From positions 287,680,001 through 287,744,000 of the forward strand of contig OZ024743.1 in NCBI GenBank assembly GCA_964016885.1: DNA of 64,000 nt, written 5' to 3'. Below, one piece after another: positions 14,109 through 28,573 of the stretch (the first letter of the stretch is position 1; every line of letters starts with the position of its first letter). Source of the DNA: Eledone cirrhosa. Its lineage: Eukaryota. The position numbers were made by a program, and so were the translations under genes. The notes below the pieces were generated by a model, which was not told where the DNA came from, searched no databases, and saw nothing but the letters and a program-made list of their open reading frames with translations.

Positions 14109-14830
14109 GTATGTATGTATGTATGTATGTATGTATGTATGTATGTATGTATGTATGTATGTATGTATGTATGTATGTATGTCAGTTGGTGCTACTGGTA
14201 ACATGTATCCCAGTACAAACTGTCTCATGGTCGGGTCGTTGGCGACTAAACTGGCAACCCTACCAAGGTTTCTTGGTGAGGAGGGTGACTTTGGACATCC
14301 TGCAGGATTAAAAACAAAACCTGTCAAAGGGCAAAGGAGCTCATAAGAGTCAATGGCCACCCAAAATCACCGGGAGAGATGACCCCTTAGCCTTTGTCAA
14401 GGCAGAATTCTAGGAGAAGGAAAACTCTGATATAACACCTGCAACCCTGATGGTATCCAATGATGTTGACTTGTTCTTCTTTTTGGTAAATATCATCTTG
14501 GTTAAGAGAGTGGGACTGGCTTTGTGCAGTGCCTTTGCTCACTATAAAAGCTTCACGGCACATGCATTGCTTTATATCTGGAGATCTCTCTGCACTTGTC
14601 GTTACATGGTACCATGGGCCCAGCACTATGTGTCAATAATTGTCACAAGTGTAGTGTTTGTACCAGAGTTTTCAAGTTGCTGGCTGGACTAAAAAGTCAC
14701 ACTCGTTCAGCGCATCGGTAAGGGTTCTCCTACATGGATATAAAGTGGTGGCCGTACTCGAAAACGAGTTGGCAGCCACCACCATGTATTATGTATGTAT
14801 GTATGTATCTATTATGTATGTATGTATGTG
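14109..14830 (+). mobile_element. full RTE-derived element (14181-14783) preceded by (TATG)n, decayed tail
   Basis: Near-identical to 11619-12225. Confidence 0.85.
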
Positions 14831-14992
14831 TGTATGTATTATGTATGTGTGTATGTGTACTTGTGTATATATGTATGTTTGTAAAAGAAAAAGAATCTTT
14901 CTCTCTATCTATCTAACCTCTCAATCTCTCTCTCTCTCCCCCTCTCTGTATATATATATATACACATATGTGTGTATGTGTGTGTGTATATT

Positions 14993-15044
<52 letters not shown>

Positions 15045-15045
<1 letters not shown>

Positions 15046-15190
15046 ATAACGGAGACATTGTATCGTATTTAAGGAGTTTGCTTCACAATCTCGTGGTCCT
15101 AGTTTCACTCCAGTGTGCGGCACCTTCGACAAGTGTCTTCTATATTTCTGGGTTGATAAATGATTTGTGAGTAAAATTTGTGAGTATATT
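15045..15190 (+). mobile_element. degenerate tRNA-derived SINE of a second family
   Basis: tRNA-like head then ggcaccttcgacaagtgtcttcta resembling a CORE-type start. Confidence 0.45.
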
Positions 15191-15270
15191 TTCATGTCTG
15201 GTACTTACATTTTTGTTGAACCACTAAGTTAAAGGGTATAAACATATACTCAAACGTAAAGACAGATACG

Positions 15271-15338
<68 letters not shown>

Positions 15339-15714
15339 TATATATATATATATATATCCTGGCGCAGATAAATAGATAATTTGATAGATATAAGAGAAAA
15401 GAAAGTTAGATATTTTGTTTTAAGTTAAGAAATATTTGAACAGGGATATGTTTTCATAAGAAAACCGATATTCCTGGGATTACCAAGTTCGTTAGAATTG
15501 GTTAATTCCACCTCAACCTTTCCATCCAATTTCTCACCGCCTCCTACTTGCACGAACATTCGGCTTCACCAAACTTCATTACACTTCCTAAATATTTACA
15601 CCTCCTCATCCCATCCTCCCTTCCACCGTCTCTCCCCTTTCCTCATCCTTCCGTGTTGAATTTCTCTAACGTAAACGTGAGATATTTTCTGGGATTATTA
15701 ACCGTCTATTGAGG

Positions 15715-15910
15715 GTTGTAGAGTGGCAGTATTGGTAGAGCATCGAGCGAATTTGTTTGCAGTATTTAGTTACGACTTTCTACGTCTGAGTTCAAATCAC
15801 AGCGACATCGGCTTTGCCTTTCATCCTGCCAATGTCGATAAAATAAAATATCAGAAAAGTGCTTGGGTCGGGTAATATCGACACTCCCCTTCGCTCTAAA
15901 TTAGAAACTA
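15715..15910 (+). mobile_element. Meta-like SINE
   Basis: ctgagttcaaatc...tttgcctttcatcc...gtcgataaaataa. Confidence 0.75.
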
Positions 15911-15939
15911 TTAACTGTCGACATATTCCATTTATATTA

Positions 15940-16092
15940 CATAAATAGGTGGGAGTATTGCCATAAATCGTGGGAGTATTGCCATAAATAGGTGGGAGTA
16001 TTGCCATAAATAGGTGGGAGTATTGCCATAAATAGGTGGGAGTATTGCCATAAATAGGTGGGAGTATTGCCATAAATCGTGGGAGTATTGCC
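15940..16092 (+). repeat. 21/22-bp minisatellite, 7 units
   Basis: cataaataggtgggagtattgc and variant cataaatcgtgggagtattgc, no spacers. Confidence 0.95.
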
Positions 16093-16400
16093 AAGAATTA
16101 TATTCTTGTTTTGTAGACCTTCAAAAGGCTAATGACCACGTTCCTCGGATCTGCTGTGGAAGATTGTGTAGGAGTATGGGATTGATGGTCAGCTTCTTGT
16201 TACCCTGATGTCTCTATACGAATGCCCAAGTATTTATGTTCGGATAAATGGGGCTAAATCGAAACCATTCAATATGAGAGTCGGACTCCACAAAGGGTGC
16301 GTACTATCACCTCTCCTGTTCCTTATTTTCATGAATTAACACGCGCAGCCGGGTTGGAAATAGTATTACGGCTGGCAGGTGTAAAATAAGTAGGCTGGAA
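16074..16400 (+). pseudogene. RTE-clade RT fragment
   Basis: KSWEYCQELYSCFVDLQKANDHVPR and VGLHKGCVLSPLLFLIFMN. Confidence 0.75.
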
Positions 16401-17027
16401 TCTGAAGACAACTTATTAAGCTTGAAAAAGTTTAATAAGACTCTTTATGATGATGATGATGATAATCAAACCAATCGAAGCATTGTGTAGATATAAATAT
16501 GTACTTTAAAAATTTGATTAAGAATCCGGAAGATTATAGTCATATTAACTCTACTGAAAATTGGGAAACTATCTATTTTTATGTCCATGCTACCATAACA
16601 ACCTTCCAAATTTCCCTACACAATAGTTCACTTTCAGGCGGTCATTTTATCTCTATCTTGGAGGATATAAAATATGCATATTTCTTTTCTCTCGTCACCC
16701 AGTTTATTCAGATACTACAAACTACAAAATGTATCTCTCGATATACGAAAAATAATTACCTGTAGCTCACTATTTAATTCGCCTTCAAAGCAATTAATCT
16801 CTGCAGCGTGGATAGTTTTTTCTATGGTTGAAATTGAACTCATAACTGCAAGACAACAAAATATTCATCCATTCACAGTACTACTGCTATTTACAATCGG
16901 GAATCGTACCAACCAACAATCCCTGCTAGCAGATATGTGGACTTGGCTGTTGAGATCTCAGCGTTCTGGTCTTGAGCTCGTCACATCAGAATACGATCGG
17001 TTTTTACCGTTTAGTGAAGGAAATAGG

Positions 17028-17340
17028 AAGGCGGCGAATTGGCAGGGTTGTTAGAACGTCGGTTAGAATGCTTTGCGATATTCGTTCCGTCTCTCTGCTC
17101 TCCGACTTCAAATCCCGCCAAGGTCAGTCTTGCCTTTCATCCATTCGAGGTTCATAAAAAAAGTACCAGTTACGTGCTGGGGTCGATTCTTCCTCTATAC
17201 CTATTTCTCATTTCCATTCTCTCACTCTCTATCCTTCTCTGGAGGAAATGGGCTTTGCCAGGTTTTATAAAAGTCCTAGAAATGCAGTTTGTCAATACGG
17301 CATCCCTACGACTCCTCCAGGAGTTACGAGACCATGCATG
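17028..17340 (+). mobile_element. Meta-like SINE, subfamily with extended 3' region
   Basis: SINE head then gattcttcctctata...gtcaatacggca, shared with 28865, 30399 and 33905. Confidence 0.75.
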
Positions 17341-18279
17341 CATGCAAGAAGGGAGGAACAGTATCCATGACTTTTTCTTTTTTCGGGATCCCCAAGATTG
17401 AGGGGAGGAAAGGAGGGAGTTATCCTCAAACAAGAGACGAGGTCTGAATGTTTGCATCTAAGCGACCTCTACTAAAGATACCCTAGGTGCCATGTGAGGT
17501 TGGTGGTGTTAAATTGGGTGACAAATTATGTCTGTCACCAATGAATTCAGTAGACAAAGTCAGAACATATACCACAAGACATCTCATCCGACAGCCTAAT
17601 GACTCTGTCAATCCATCACCCTAGAATTCTGTTTTAAGTCATCAACTATGAAAAGGTAAAGTTAACATGGGGAGTGGGGATTTGAACTCAGAGCAGTTGA
17701 ATAAATACCGCAAGGTAACTTTTAACGTATTAGATTCTTATGATTTTTACTCTTTTGCTGCTACTTGATTAGTGATCTAATAGTTTGTTGACTTGTCAAT
17801 ATGAAACTCTCAACTACCGAATTATTATAAATACAGAAAAATATGTTCTTTAACATAAAGAAGAGATCAATTATTTTTTTTATTTCTATTCAGATCGAAT
17901 AGATCAGTTTTGACGAAAATTTAATGCTGACACTGTCAAGAATTTGATTCTAACTTCAACCAATGTTGGAATGGCTGCCAAAAAACAAACAAATAAAACA
18001 AACAAACGAATAAAGAGGTGAAAGCAAGTTGCGAATGTTTTACATTTACACGTTAATAAATATTAGCTTTGAGCAATATTTATTTTTGGAGGAGCCACAC
18101 GAGATTTTTCATAACTGTTTAATTCAGGTCGAGTGTGATAAATCAGATATAAAACCGTGTGTTATCCCTTCAAATAGAACATTGCTGTCAGCAGAATATT
18201 TGTGTGTTTATGACAAAACGTTACGTTTTCTGTTATACAATTTTACACGCTGTTATCAATTTATTTATTGGCGCGTTGC

Positions 18280-18989
<710 letters not shown>

Positions 18990-19172
18990 GGGCTTGCGGT
19001 AGATCGTTGGTAAGTTTTTGTAAAAGTTTCTATACAAAAACAGAATTTATTGTGTAAAAATGTATATTGTTTGATAGATAAATACCCAGGCTGAATTGTC
19101 AGCTGGGTGGTAATCATAGTTTTCGCCCCACAGGGGCGGAAATTTAATTAAAAAAATTGACAAGTTTTAAAA

Positions 19173-20958
19173 ATGTTCCTAACTTTAACAATGTGTGAGT
19201 TACAGCGAACGCTAGACAGTGAGAAGAGAGGGAAAGAGACAGATATAAGCGTTATATCTCCCTCTATTTCCATAGAAGTATCTATGGAGACAAACAACAA
19301 CAAAACTTCGTTTCTTAAAGAAATGGATATTTACACAACAAAAGATGAAAATAACAGCCCACAACAGACACAAAAAAACACAGAAAATGCAGAAATTGAA
19401 ACGATTGACACAACTACACGAAAAAACCAACAACAACAACACAATTGAAAAAACAACATTCGCACAGACTGTGATAAATAAAACAGAGGACAAACACATC
19501 GACATACAAATGTTGACCGATGAAAAACAATTCATAACCCTTGCAAATTAAACGAGAAACAGTTCGAAGGACAGTAACCTTCAGAACTGTTTCAAATCAA
19601 ACGAAAAAACCGGTATTCCTCAGTCAAGGGGAAATTGAAACCACCTTGAAAGAGGCTCTGCCGGAGATTGATTTTATGCAGAGGGCCAGACTATATGGAA
19701 GTATTTCGGTACTTTTTAAAAGCGAGCCCTCTCACAAAAGCATTCTGTTACACCAGTCATCACAAAAACACACACCTTTTTCCCTACTTACATGGGAAAA
19801 AGAACACAAAAATTTAAAATAAATAATATACCACCAAACATCAACATTTGGTGGATCTTAGCAGGTTTTATAGATCCAGAAAGTGATACAATTCTTTCGG
19901 TCAGGAAGTCGACCAGACAAAGGTGGGCAGGGACAAATTTGGAAATTCTGATACAAATGACACCAGAAAGAATTTCCAAAATCCCCGAAAGAGTGCTGGT
20001 CGACAACCAGAACTACATCAACATCGTAACTGAGGGCAGAAAGCCACACTGTTTTCGATGTGCAAGCACATCACACCTAAAAGCCTCCTGCCCTTTACAA
20101 ACAAATCTTAAAAAAGTACTTTTACCAACACCACCACCAAAACAATCACCACCACCACCACCACAACAACAACAACACACAAAACAAGCAAACACACCCA
20201 AACAAGCAACCACTCAACCACAAACAACAGAAAAAGCACCCCTGAAGAACACAGTCCCACCTCATCCCACTCCATCAAACACAAACACACACACCGAAAC
20301 ACCACCACCACACAACATAACCCTAGCCACACTCCTGACGATGATTATTCATCGACAGATGAGGCTGCTTCTCCTTCTTTAAGTGAAGAAGGGGAGCCTC
20401 GGAAATCTAAAAAACAAAAAAAGAGACACCACAAACCCCCCAAAACTCCAATCACCAACACCAACACACAACCACAGACACAAACAACAACACAAACCAC
20501 CACAGTCAAACATCCCCCTACCAGCAAAACCAACACCAACACCACCCCAAACACAAGCACCTACCACAAAAAGAAAACTCCCGGACGAACAACAAACTAA
20601 AACAAAACAAAAAAACAAACAACAATACGCATACATCAACACAGACAACAAGAGTTTGATGGAGGTCATTTCCCAAAACCTCCAGGTGGAGACTAAGGGC
20701 AAAACTTTCGTCAAAGCAGAATCGTCTCCACACCTAAAACTAATAAGCGTTTCGATAGAAACCTATCAGAAATTGAAAGAACAGTTTTCGCAGGATGTTG
20801 GCAACCCCTGCCAGAAACCCATCAACCATGTCTTATTAAAATGTTTCCCCACCCAACACCCCCACCAGAACTGAAATGGACATTGAACAACCCGATCTCC
20901 AGGAAACGAAAAGGTAGGTGCACCTTTCGTCCCTTTTCTCCAACTCTTCTTCACCAAC
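19173..20958 (+). pseudogene. Tx1 ORF1 (gag-like), broken into several frames
   Basis: CFRCASTSHLKASC CCHC knuckle followed by Pro/Thr/Gln-rich region; exact ends uncertain. Confidence 0.7.
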
Positions 20959-23900
20959 ATGGCTAGTTTACGAGTTGGAAGCGTGAATGTGCGTGGCCTA
21001 GGGATGCCCTGGAAACAGGCCAACTTTTAAACTACCTTAGGTTACACGGTATCGATGTGATAGCCATCACCGAGTCCAGAATCCACAACAGGCAGCAACT
21101 AAACCCCCATCTTCGACGACTTTGAGATCTACGCATCTCTCTGTCAGCCAGGAGGTGGAGGGGGAGTGGCTGTCATGTTTCGGAAGAACCTGGACGTCGA
21201 AGTACAGCAAGTACAGTTGGACCCGGAGGGTAGACTGGTAGTCCTAGACGTGAACAGTATTGGAGGTGGAGCCTTCAGACTGGTGGCCGTTTATGCCCCG
21301 ACCGGGCAATCGCAATCACGTCCAAACTTCTTTAAGCGTCTAGAGTCTTTTCTGGGAACATCTCGCTTCTTACTTTTAGTGAATGATTGGAATGGTATCC
21401 TAGATGCACGATGGGACTATGTGGGAGAATGTTCCAGTAGAGGGGGGTGCAACAGTTTCAAAACGTTAATCGATAGGTATCGACTGGATTTCCCGACTGC
21501 ACCACAGTGGACGTGGCCAAACCTCAGCGGGACATCTAGATCGTATTTCGATAGATTCTTCATTAGAGAAAGGGACAAGGAGATGTTAAGCTGTCCACGA
21601 ATGCACATGGTTGCCTACTCAGATCACAAATTAGTCGTCTGCTTAGTCAACCGTGATAGAATACATAGACAGGGACCCGGATACTGGAAGCTGAACGTGT
21701 CGTTGCCGGCACGTAAAGCTTACAGTGAACGGATAAGTAGACTAGTCAAGCAACAGTTAACGGGAGCCATCGTCAACAATAGATGGCGGTACTCTCTCAA
21801 GAAAGCAATTAGAGTAGAATCGATAGAGTTTAGCAGAGAGTTAGCTTTAGAGAAAAACAAAATAGAAAGAGAACTAGTAGCCAAGGTAGAGGAGGCACTT
21901 AGAAGTAGAAACGTGGCTAGAGTGTTAGCGTCGAGAACGGCACTAGACCAGTTCTTCGACGCGAAACACGAAGGCTGCGTGGTCAGAAGCAAAACACGTG
22001 CTCTAGGAAACGAAGGAGCGAAAGCTGTCAGCTGGGCCCGAGTGGCAGAGGCAAAAAGTGGCAACAAGTCTACGATTCGGTCTTTGAAAGACCAAAATGG
22101 ACGCGTGCTACTTGACCCCAAGAAAATGTGCGCGGCCTTTCAGCAGCATTTTGCGCGACTGTTTGAGCAGAACGACGGTTAGCCGAGCGGAGTAATGGAC
22201 TTTAGTTCATACCTCGACGGCCTGCCGCGTCTGTCAAACACGGACGCCGAGTTCTGCGAAAGACCGATCACGGACACTGAGATACGGGACGCTCTGGGCT
22301 GATGCGGGAAAGGCACGTCAACAGGTCTAGATGGTCTACCCTATGAGTTTTACATAGGCATGCCGGACTCGTTCGCTGGCGTCCTCGAAGCCGTCTACTG
22401 CAATTGACAGCAGAACGGGAAAATTCACAGTTCTGCAGGCAAGAGCGTAGTAACGCTGATCAGGAAAGACGAGAACAAGGGGGATGAAATTAACAACTTC
22501 AGGCCCATAACTCTGCTCAACACACAGTTAAAGATTTTGGCCAAGGTGCTTGCGACGAGGTTGGCGCTTGTCGTCGAGAACCTGGTAGGGAAAGCGCAAA
22601 CGTGTGCAATCCCGACCAGGTCCATACACGACAAACTCCACCTCATGCGATACATCATAGAGAGGGTGGGTAGTAAACCCGGCTTCGGCGGGGCTCTGAT
22701 CAATTTGGATCAGTCTAAGGCATTCGATAGGGTCGACCATCGATAGTTGGAAGCGGTTCTCAAGGCGGCCGATTTCGGTCCCATTTTCAGAGGTTGGATC
22801 GAGGCGATGCACACCAGCATCTGCTCGAGGGTCAAGGTAAACGGCTACCTATCGGAGCCGTTCGCAATCACGTGTTCCATTCGACAGGGGTGCCTTGTCT
22901 CCTCCATTCTGTATGTATTGACTCTAGAGCCTCTATTGCGGAAATTGGAGCTGTTGCAGGGCATCCCTCTAGAACCGGGACTGCGCAAAGCGGCGTCGGC
23001 TGATGCCGACGACGTGACGGTAATGGTGTCGAGCACCTCGGAAATCGGGGTGATCGGCAACTTACTGAAAGAATACGAAACGCTGACGGGAGCAAAACTA
23101 AACCCGGACAAGTCTGTCGGTTTGCAACTCGGTACGTGGAGAGGCAAACCGATGACGTCCGACAGCATCATTGGACGCTGGACGGACGTCTCCAGGTGGA
23201 GATAAACTGGAACGAGGTCACGGCCAAGGTGTTTGCGCTCACCCAGAAGTGGGCAGAGTGCAAACTGTCCTTGGAAGTTCGAGTGGAGGTGGCGAACACT
23301 TTCATAGCGTCGGTCATCTACTACCGCTTGACTGTCGTGCCTTGTCCCCGTGAACACCTCGCCAAGATGGAACGCATGCTCTTCCAGTTTCTGTGGAAGA
23401 AGCAGGCTCCGCTGGCGAGGCGATCCACCTGCTGTCCGCTCCCTTCTAACTGGGAATGCCGTGGCTGATGATGATCAAATATGCGCTGAGGCTGCGGCAT
23501 CACCAGGTATTCCTCACCGACCCCCAACCAGCGTGGGCACCATTTGTGAGACAGGCTTTCCCACAGCTCGTCTTGCTGACGGAGCTGCAGTCCTGGGTCA
23601 AGAAAAGACTGAAAACGATGGGCGCCTGGCACATTGAATGCGCTCAGGCGCTCACAGCCCTCTGGCAAGCGGGCGCAGCAATCAGTGGAGACGCCACTTC
23701 GACATTCTATAGAGGGATTGTACGTTACAAGGGCGACGACGTGCTCGGAGAGACTCTGGGCGTCGAAGACGATGAGCTCACCTGTCTGTTTGGTAGGACT
23801 TTCCGCCCGGGACCTATGGACAACTTTCAGAGGTCCCTGGCCTGGCAGTGCTGCCGAGGAGCTCTACCGGTTCGTGACAAGATCTACAGGCACGGACGCC

Positions 23901-25352
23901 CCGGCAGGAATTCTTCCAAGAGGACGTGTCCAAGATGCGCTCAGGACATTGAAACAGTCCTGCACGCAATTGTACACTGTCCGGGCGTAACCGACCTGTG
24001 GAACTATGCAGAACAACTGCTGTCGCGTATGGGACAAATCAAGTTGACTACCCAGTCCATAGTAAGGATCAAACCGCCAGCCTCTTTCAAAAACGAAAGA
24101 GAGGCGGTTTTCTTCTGTACGGTGGCTATGGTGAAAGAGGTTATATGGTGGACGAGATTGACAGTAATGGTGTCGAGCACTTCGCAAATCGGGGAAGTCA
24201 GCACCTTACTGAAGGAATACGAAAGGTTCACAGGAGCGAAGCTGAACCGGGACAAGTCCGTCGGTTTGCAACTCGGATCGTGGAGAGGCAAACCGATGCC
24301 TTCCGACGGCGTCGTCGGACGCTGGAGAGAGGGACCGGTGAAGCTGCTCGGGTCTGGTCGGACCGGAACTCCAGGTGGAGAAAAACTGGGACGAGGGGAC
24401 GGCCAAGTTGTTTGCGCTCGACCAGAAGTGGGCCGAGTGCAAACTATCCTTGAAAGGTCGAGCGGAGGTGGCGAACGCTTTCATAGCGCCCGTCAACTAC
24501 TACCGCTTGACCGTCGTACCTTGTCCAAGTAAAACGCTCACCAAAATGTTGCGCGCACTCTTCCAATTACTTTGGAAGAAGCGGGCTCCTTTGGTGAGAA
24601 GGTCCATCTGCTGTCAACACCCTTCAAACGGAGAGCTGGGGATGCCGTGGCTGACGATGCGCAAACACGCACACAGGCTGCGGCACCTCCACGTATTCCT
24701 CCCCGAACAACCGATGTGGGCCCCGTTCGTGAGGCGAGCCTTCCCGCGACTCGTCTCGCTGACCGAGCTGCAGTCCTGGGTCAAGCAAAGACCGAGGAAA
24801 ATGGGCGACTGGCACATTGAATGTGCTCAGGCGCTCACAGTCCTCTGGCAAATGGACTCGGCGATCAGTGGAGACTCCACCTCGTCATTCATAAAGGGTT
24901 AGTCCGCAGCAAGTGCGACGACACTCTCGGAGAAACTCTAGGCGTAGAGGAAGACGAACTGGCCAGTCTGTTCGGTAGGACATTCCGCCCAGGACCGATG
25001 GATAACTTCCAAAAGTCCCTGGCCTGGCAGTGCTACCGAGGAGCTCTACCCGTTCGAGACAAGCTCTACAGACACGGGCGCGCGGGCAGGGATTTCCTCG
25101 AAAAAGATCTGTCCGAGATGCTTGCGGGACGAGGTGGAGGCGGTTTTCTTCTGTGTAATGGCTACGGGGAAAGAGGCTATATGGTGGACGAGACTCTCCA
25201 GCGAACAACTGGTTCGCTTCTTCAAATATCATTTTAGAAGAAGAATCAGAGTGGAGAGAGAGGTGCTGCACCCGAGAAAATTTTACGAAAGGTGGGTGAA
25301 TGTGGAAAGGATGGCCCGAGTGGTTGGGCCTTCTCTTTATATAAACCTGTAG
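20959..25352 (+). pseudogene. Tx1 ORF2 (APE endonuclease plus RT) with stops and frameshifts
   Basis: MASLRVGSVNVRG, VAVYAP, NDWN, SDHKLV, GPGYWKLN, GLDGLPYEFY, NFRPITLLN, LDQSKAFDRVDH, IRQGC, ADADD, CPRCxxxxETVLHAIVHC. Confidence 0.9.
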
Positions 25353-25740
25353 GTTGTGGAAAAAGAGGAAGAGAGAAAAGGAACGCTCACTCTTCGTGCT
25401 CCTGGAGATGAGGGTTGTACATTTTTTCGGGGTGTGTACAACCCATGTGTACCGCCCCTCCTCCCTATTGGGGATTTCAATTGTTAATTGTTATTTGTTA
25501 TCTGTTATTTGTTATTTGTTATTTTTATTAATTCTATTTTTCACACGCATGCATGTAAACTCCCACTCTGTATTTGTCCCCATCTTTTTGCGCCCTTGTG
25601 GCAAATAAAGAAATATATCTATCTATCTATTATTTATCTATCTATAATATATATACAATATATCTAAATCTATCTATATATCTAAATCTATCTATATATT
25701 GTATTTATATATTGTACATATATATTGGATATATATATAT

Positions 25741-26000
25741 ATCATCATCATCATTTTACGTCCGCTTTTCCCTGCTTGCAAGGGTGGGACAGGAACTGAT
25801 TTTGGCTTGAATTCTACAGCTGGATGCCCTTCCTAACACCAACCTCATTTACAGTGAGTGCTGGGTGCTTTTTTTCCATGGCACCTCCATGACCACATTA
25901 CAGTGGAATGATATGGGCCCCTAATCCTATCATCTCATTTCTACAGCTGAGTAAACTGGAGCAATGTGAAATAAAGTGTCTTGCTCAAGGAAACAACATA
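25741..26000 (-). mobile_element. SINE fragments
   Basis: (CAT)n tail, ggatgcccttcc motif, and reverse complement of a CORE-like ccttgagcaagacacttta segment. Confidence 0.55.
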
Positions 26001-26319
26001 TATATATAACAAACCAGTATATATATATATTGTATATATATATATTGGATATGCCGTGACATAAAATTCTATGTGTACCTGTTATGGCTTAATTGCTGTA
26101 AGTTATTGTTTTGGCTTGTCTGTCAAAATCTTTTCAAATTCTTTGAAAATCATAAGGGAAGGTGTCTTTCGATAGAAATATAACGAAAGGGTTTATGAAA
26201 GCTCTATGAATTGAATACAGAACTCTTACATCCCTCATATTTCTATGTTTCAATTAAGCTAGGATCGACTGTGTCCTTAACATTTGAGAAAATGAGTTTG
26301 AAGTTTTTCTTGGGCTTAG

Positions 26320-26575
26320 AGGTCGTTCAGACAGGAGCTTAATCTAGTTTCATGTGGCGTTAAACCATTGAGAGTACACGACTTCTACGTAGGCAGGGCG
26401 CCAGTTCACTATCAGGTTAATCTCCAGCTACTGCAGGTATTCGTTTATTTTACAGCTTCGCGAATTGTAGTAACATCAAATGAAGTGCTTTTCTCAAAGA
26501 TACAAGCATCACCCTGTGTTGGAATAGAATCCACGACCTTTCGATCGTGAGTAAAAAAACTATAACCACTAGATT
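26320..26575 (-). mobile_element. degenerate tRNA-derived SINE
   Basis: Reverse tRNA-like head (gaatccacgacctttcgatcgtgag...taaccacta) plus body. Confidence 0.5.
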
Positions 26576-28537
26576 AACGTCTGCAGTAACAACATTGAAT
26601 ACCCGTAAGATACAAAGTGTCATTAATTTGATTGAACAAACTCGACTCCCTAAATTATGATGGAGCTTTGTTGATATGTCTTGTTGTGGCGTAATCCCAC
26701 CAGACGGCTGAAATTAGACATGACTGTCTGTACAGAGGGAGATGTAAACCTTCATCATAATCGTTTCACTGCAGTAGTAGACAGCTACATTTCTCCTCCA
26801 TCTATTGAAGTTTTCATAATCAGTTGTGATCACCTGGTTAAGTGTGTAGCCTTGGCCATCTGTAGGATTCGAATCCCTAGATAGAGTCAGAACTCAGCAC
26901 AAAAGGAGCCGAAATAGATACCACAAGGCATCCTGTCGGACGCGCCAATGAGCCTGCCAATCCGCAGCCATTTACTGGTACTTTATTTTATCGACCCCGA
27001 ATCGATGACCCGCAAAGTTGTCCCTAGCAGGATTTTAACACAAGATATTTTACTTAACGTCCTAAAGGCCCTGCCAATTCGTCCAAGACCCTATGCTTAA
27101 ATAAACATCTTTAATTAAATAACACGAAACTCATCCATAACTGGAAGGTCAGGCTTACGAACTCTCTGGCCATAACACAGCAGAATTAACAATATACAGC
27201 CCAAAGCATGTATCTCACAAGGAGTACTCAATATCTCTCAAGTTTATATTTCCATAAGGCTCTCTAGAAATTAGTTCATTAGCAAGTCTTCAAACAGAAT
27301 TGACTCAAAAGTAAAGCTGTGCAATTAATGACATGAATCAGAAGTAATTTAAGTTAATAATACATGTCATATCCAGTGTTGAATAGACACACCCTGTGGA
27401 AAGAGACGACTAAAAAGCTTGATACCTAGGAAGGGCATCGGTTGCCAAAAATTTCTTTGAAAAGTCTCCTTGATCAATATGAAGTCTTGGGCTTCGAAAG
27501 GCTAACCCCTGCTTTAGCAGGAACATGGTGAGGCAAAGAATGAGTATCTGTAAGACATTAAGAGTGATTGCTTCAACTCTTTCAACTTATCTTTAAACAT
27601 TATTCTCAAGTATTGTTGATCTGTCTTATAGTGGGATAATCCCACTCCCCGACGGTTGGGATTAGACAATGAGAAAGTATAAGCTTAAATGAACATCGTT
27701 GACCAAAACATATCAGACATAGAGAAACCTCAAAATAAAAGAAAGCTAACAACAATAATAATAACAACAACATGCAAGCAAGAACAACAAATAAGCAATA
27801 AATAAATATACATAAATATATATAAAAAGGTATTCCTATTATTTCAGATACACATCTGGAATTAATCTTCGTGTTTTCTACTGTAACAAAAGAAAGAAAA
27901 AAAAAAGAGGAAAAATAAAATCGTGAGAGGCAAAACATTCCTTGCAAACAAACAGAAAAACAGACGATAAAGAGAGAGGGAACATGTGAGAAAACATGAG
28001 TTTAAATAGTAAAATTCACGCAAGCATGAATAGTTTCAAAAAAACGCACAAAAAGCTAAAACAAAAACCAAAGAAAACCTAAACATTTTGTATAAACCGC
28101 TTCGGTGCTAACTGCCAATAAAATATTACTTTCTTCCGGAAAGAATGAAACGTGTGTATCTCTTGTGTTCTATGTGTGTTTAAGCTCTCTTTGTGTTGGA
28201 GTTTTAAGTGAAACGATTTAGGCAGGGTAACATCGGATTATATTCAAATCATTTCATGTAAATACAGACAATACAGTTTGCCTTATTAACCAAATTTGTT
28301 TCACAGTTAAAGAAATCTTGGAGATTTAGAGTGAGGGAGAAGGGACAGAGAGATGGAGCAGAGAGAAGGGATGGTGTGAAGAAAAATAGACCTTTTATAT
28401 TTTTTAAGCAATCCCAGAAAAATTTTGGATGAGTTTTTTTTACGCTTTTTCGCATTCCCAACTCAAATGTTTCAGACCCATGGAAGTTCGCTTAATTGGT
28501 ACAGTTCTTTTTTATTTTGATTTGTTTGATGTGCTAA

Positions 28538-28573
<36 letters not shown>

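Noticed and set aside
15940-16092. CRISPR-like short repeat array
   Set aside because: No unique spacers, no cas genes, eukaryotic context; unit derives from RTE sequence
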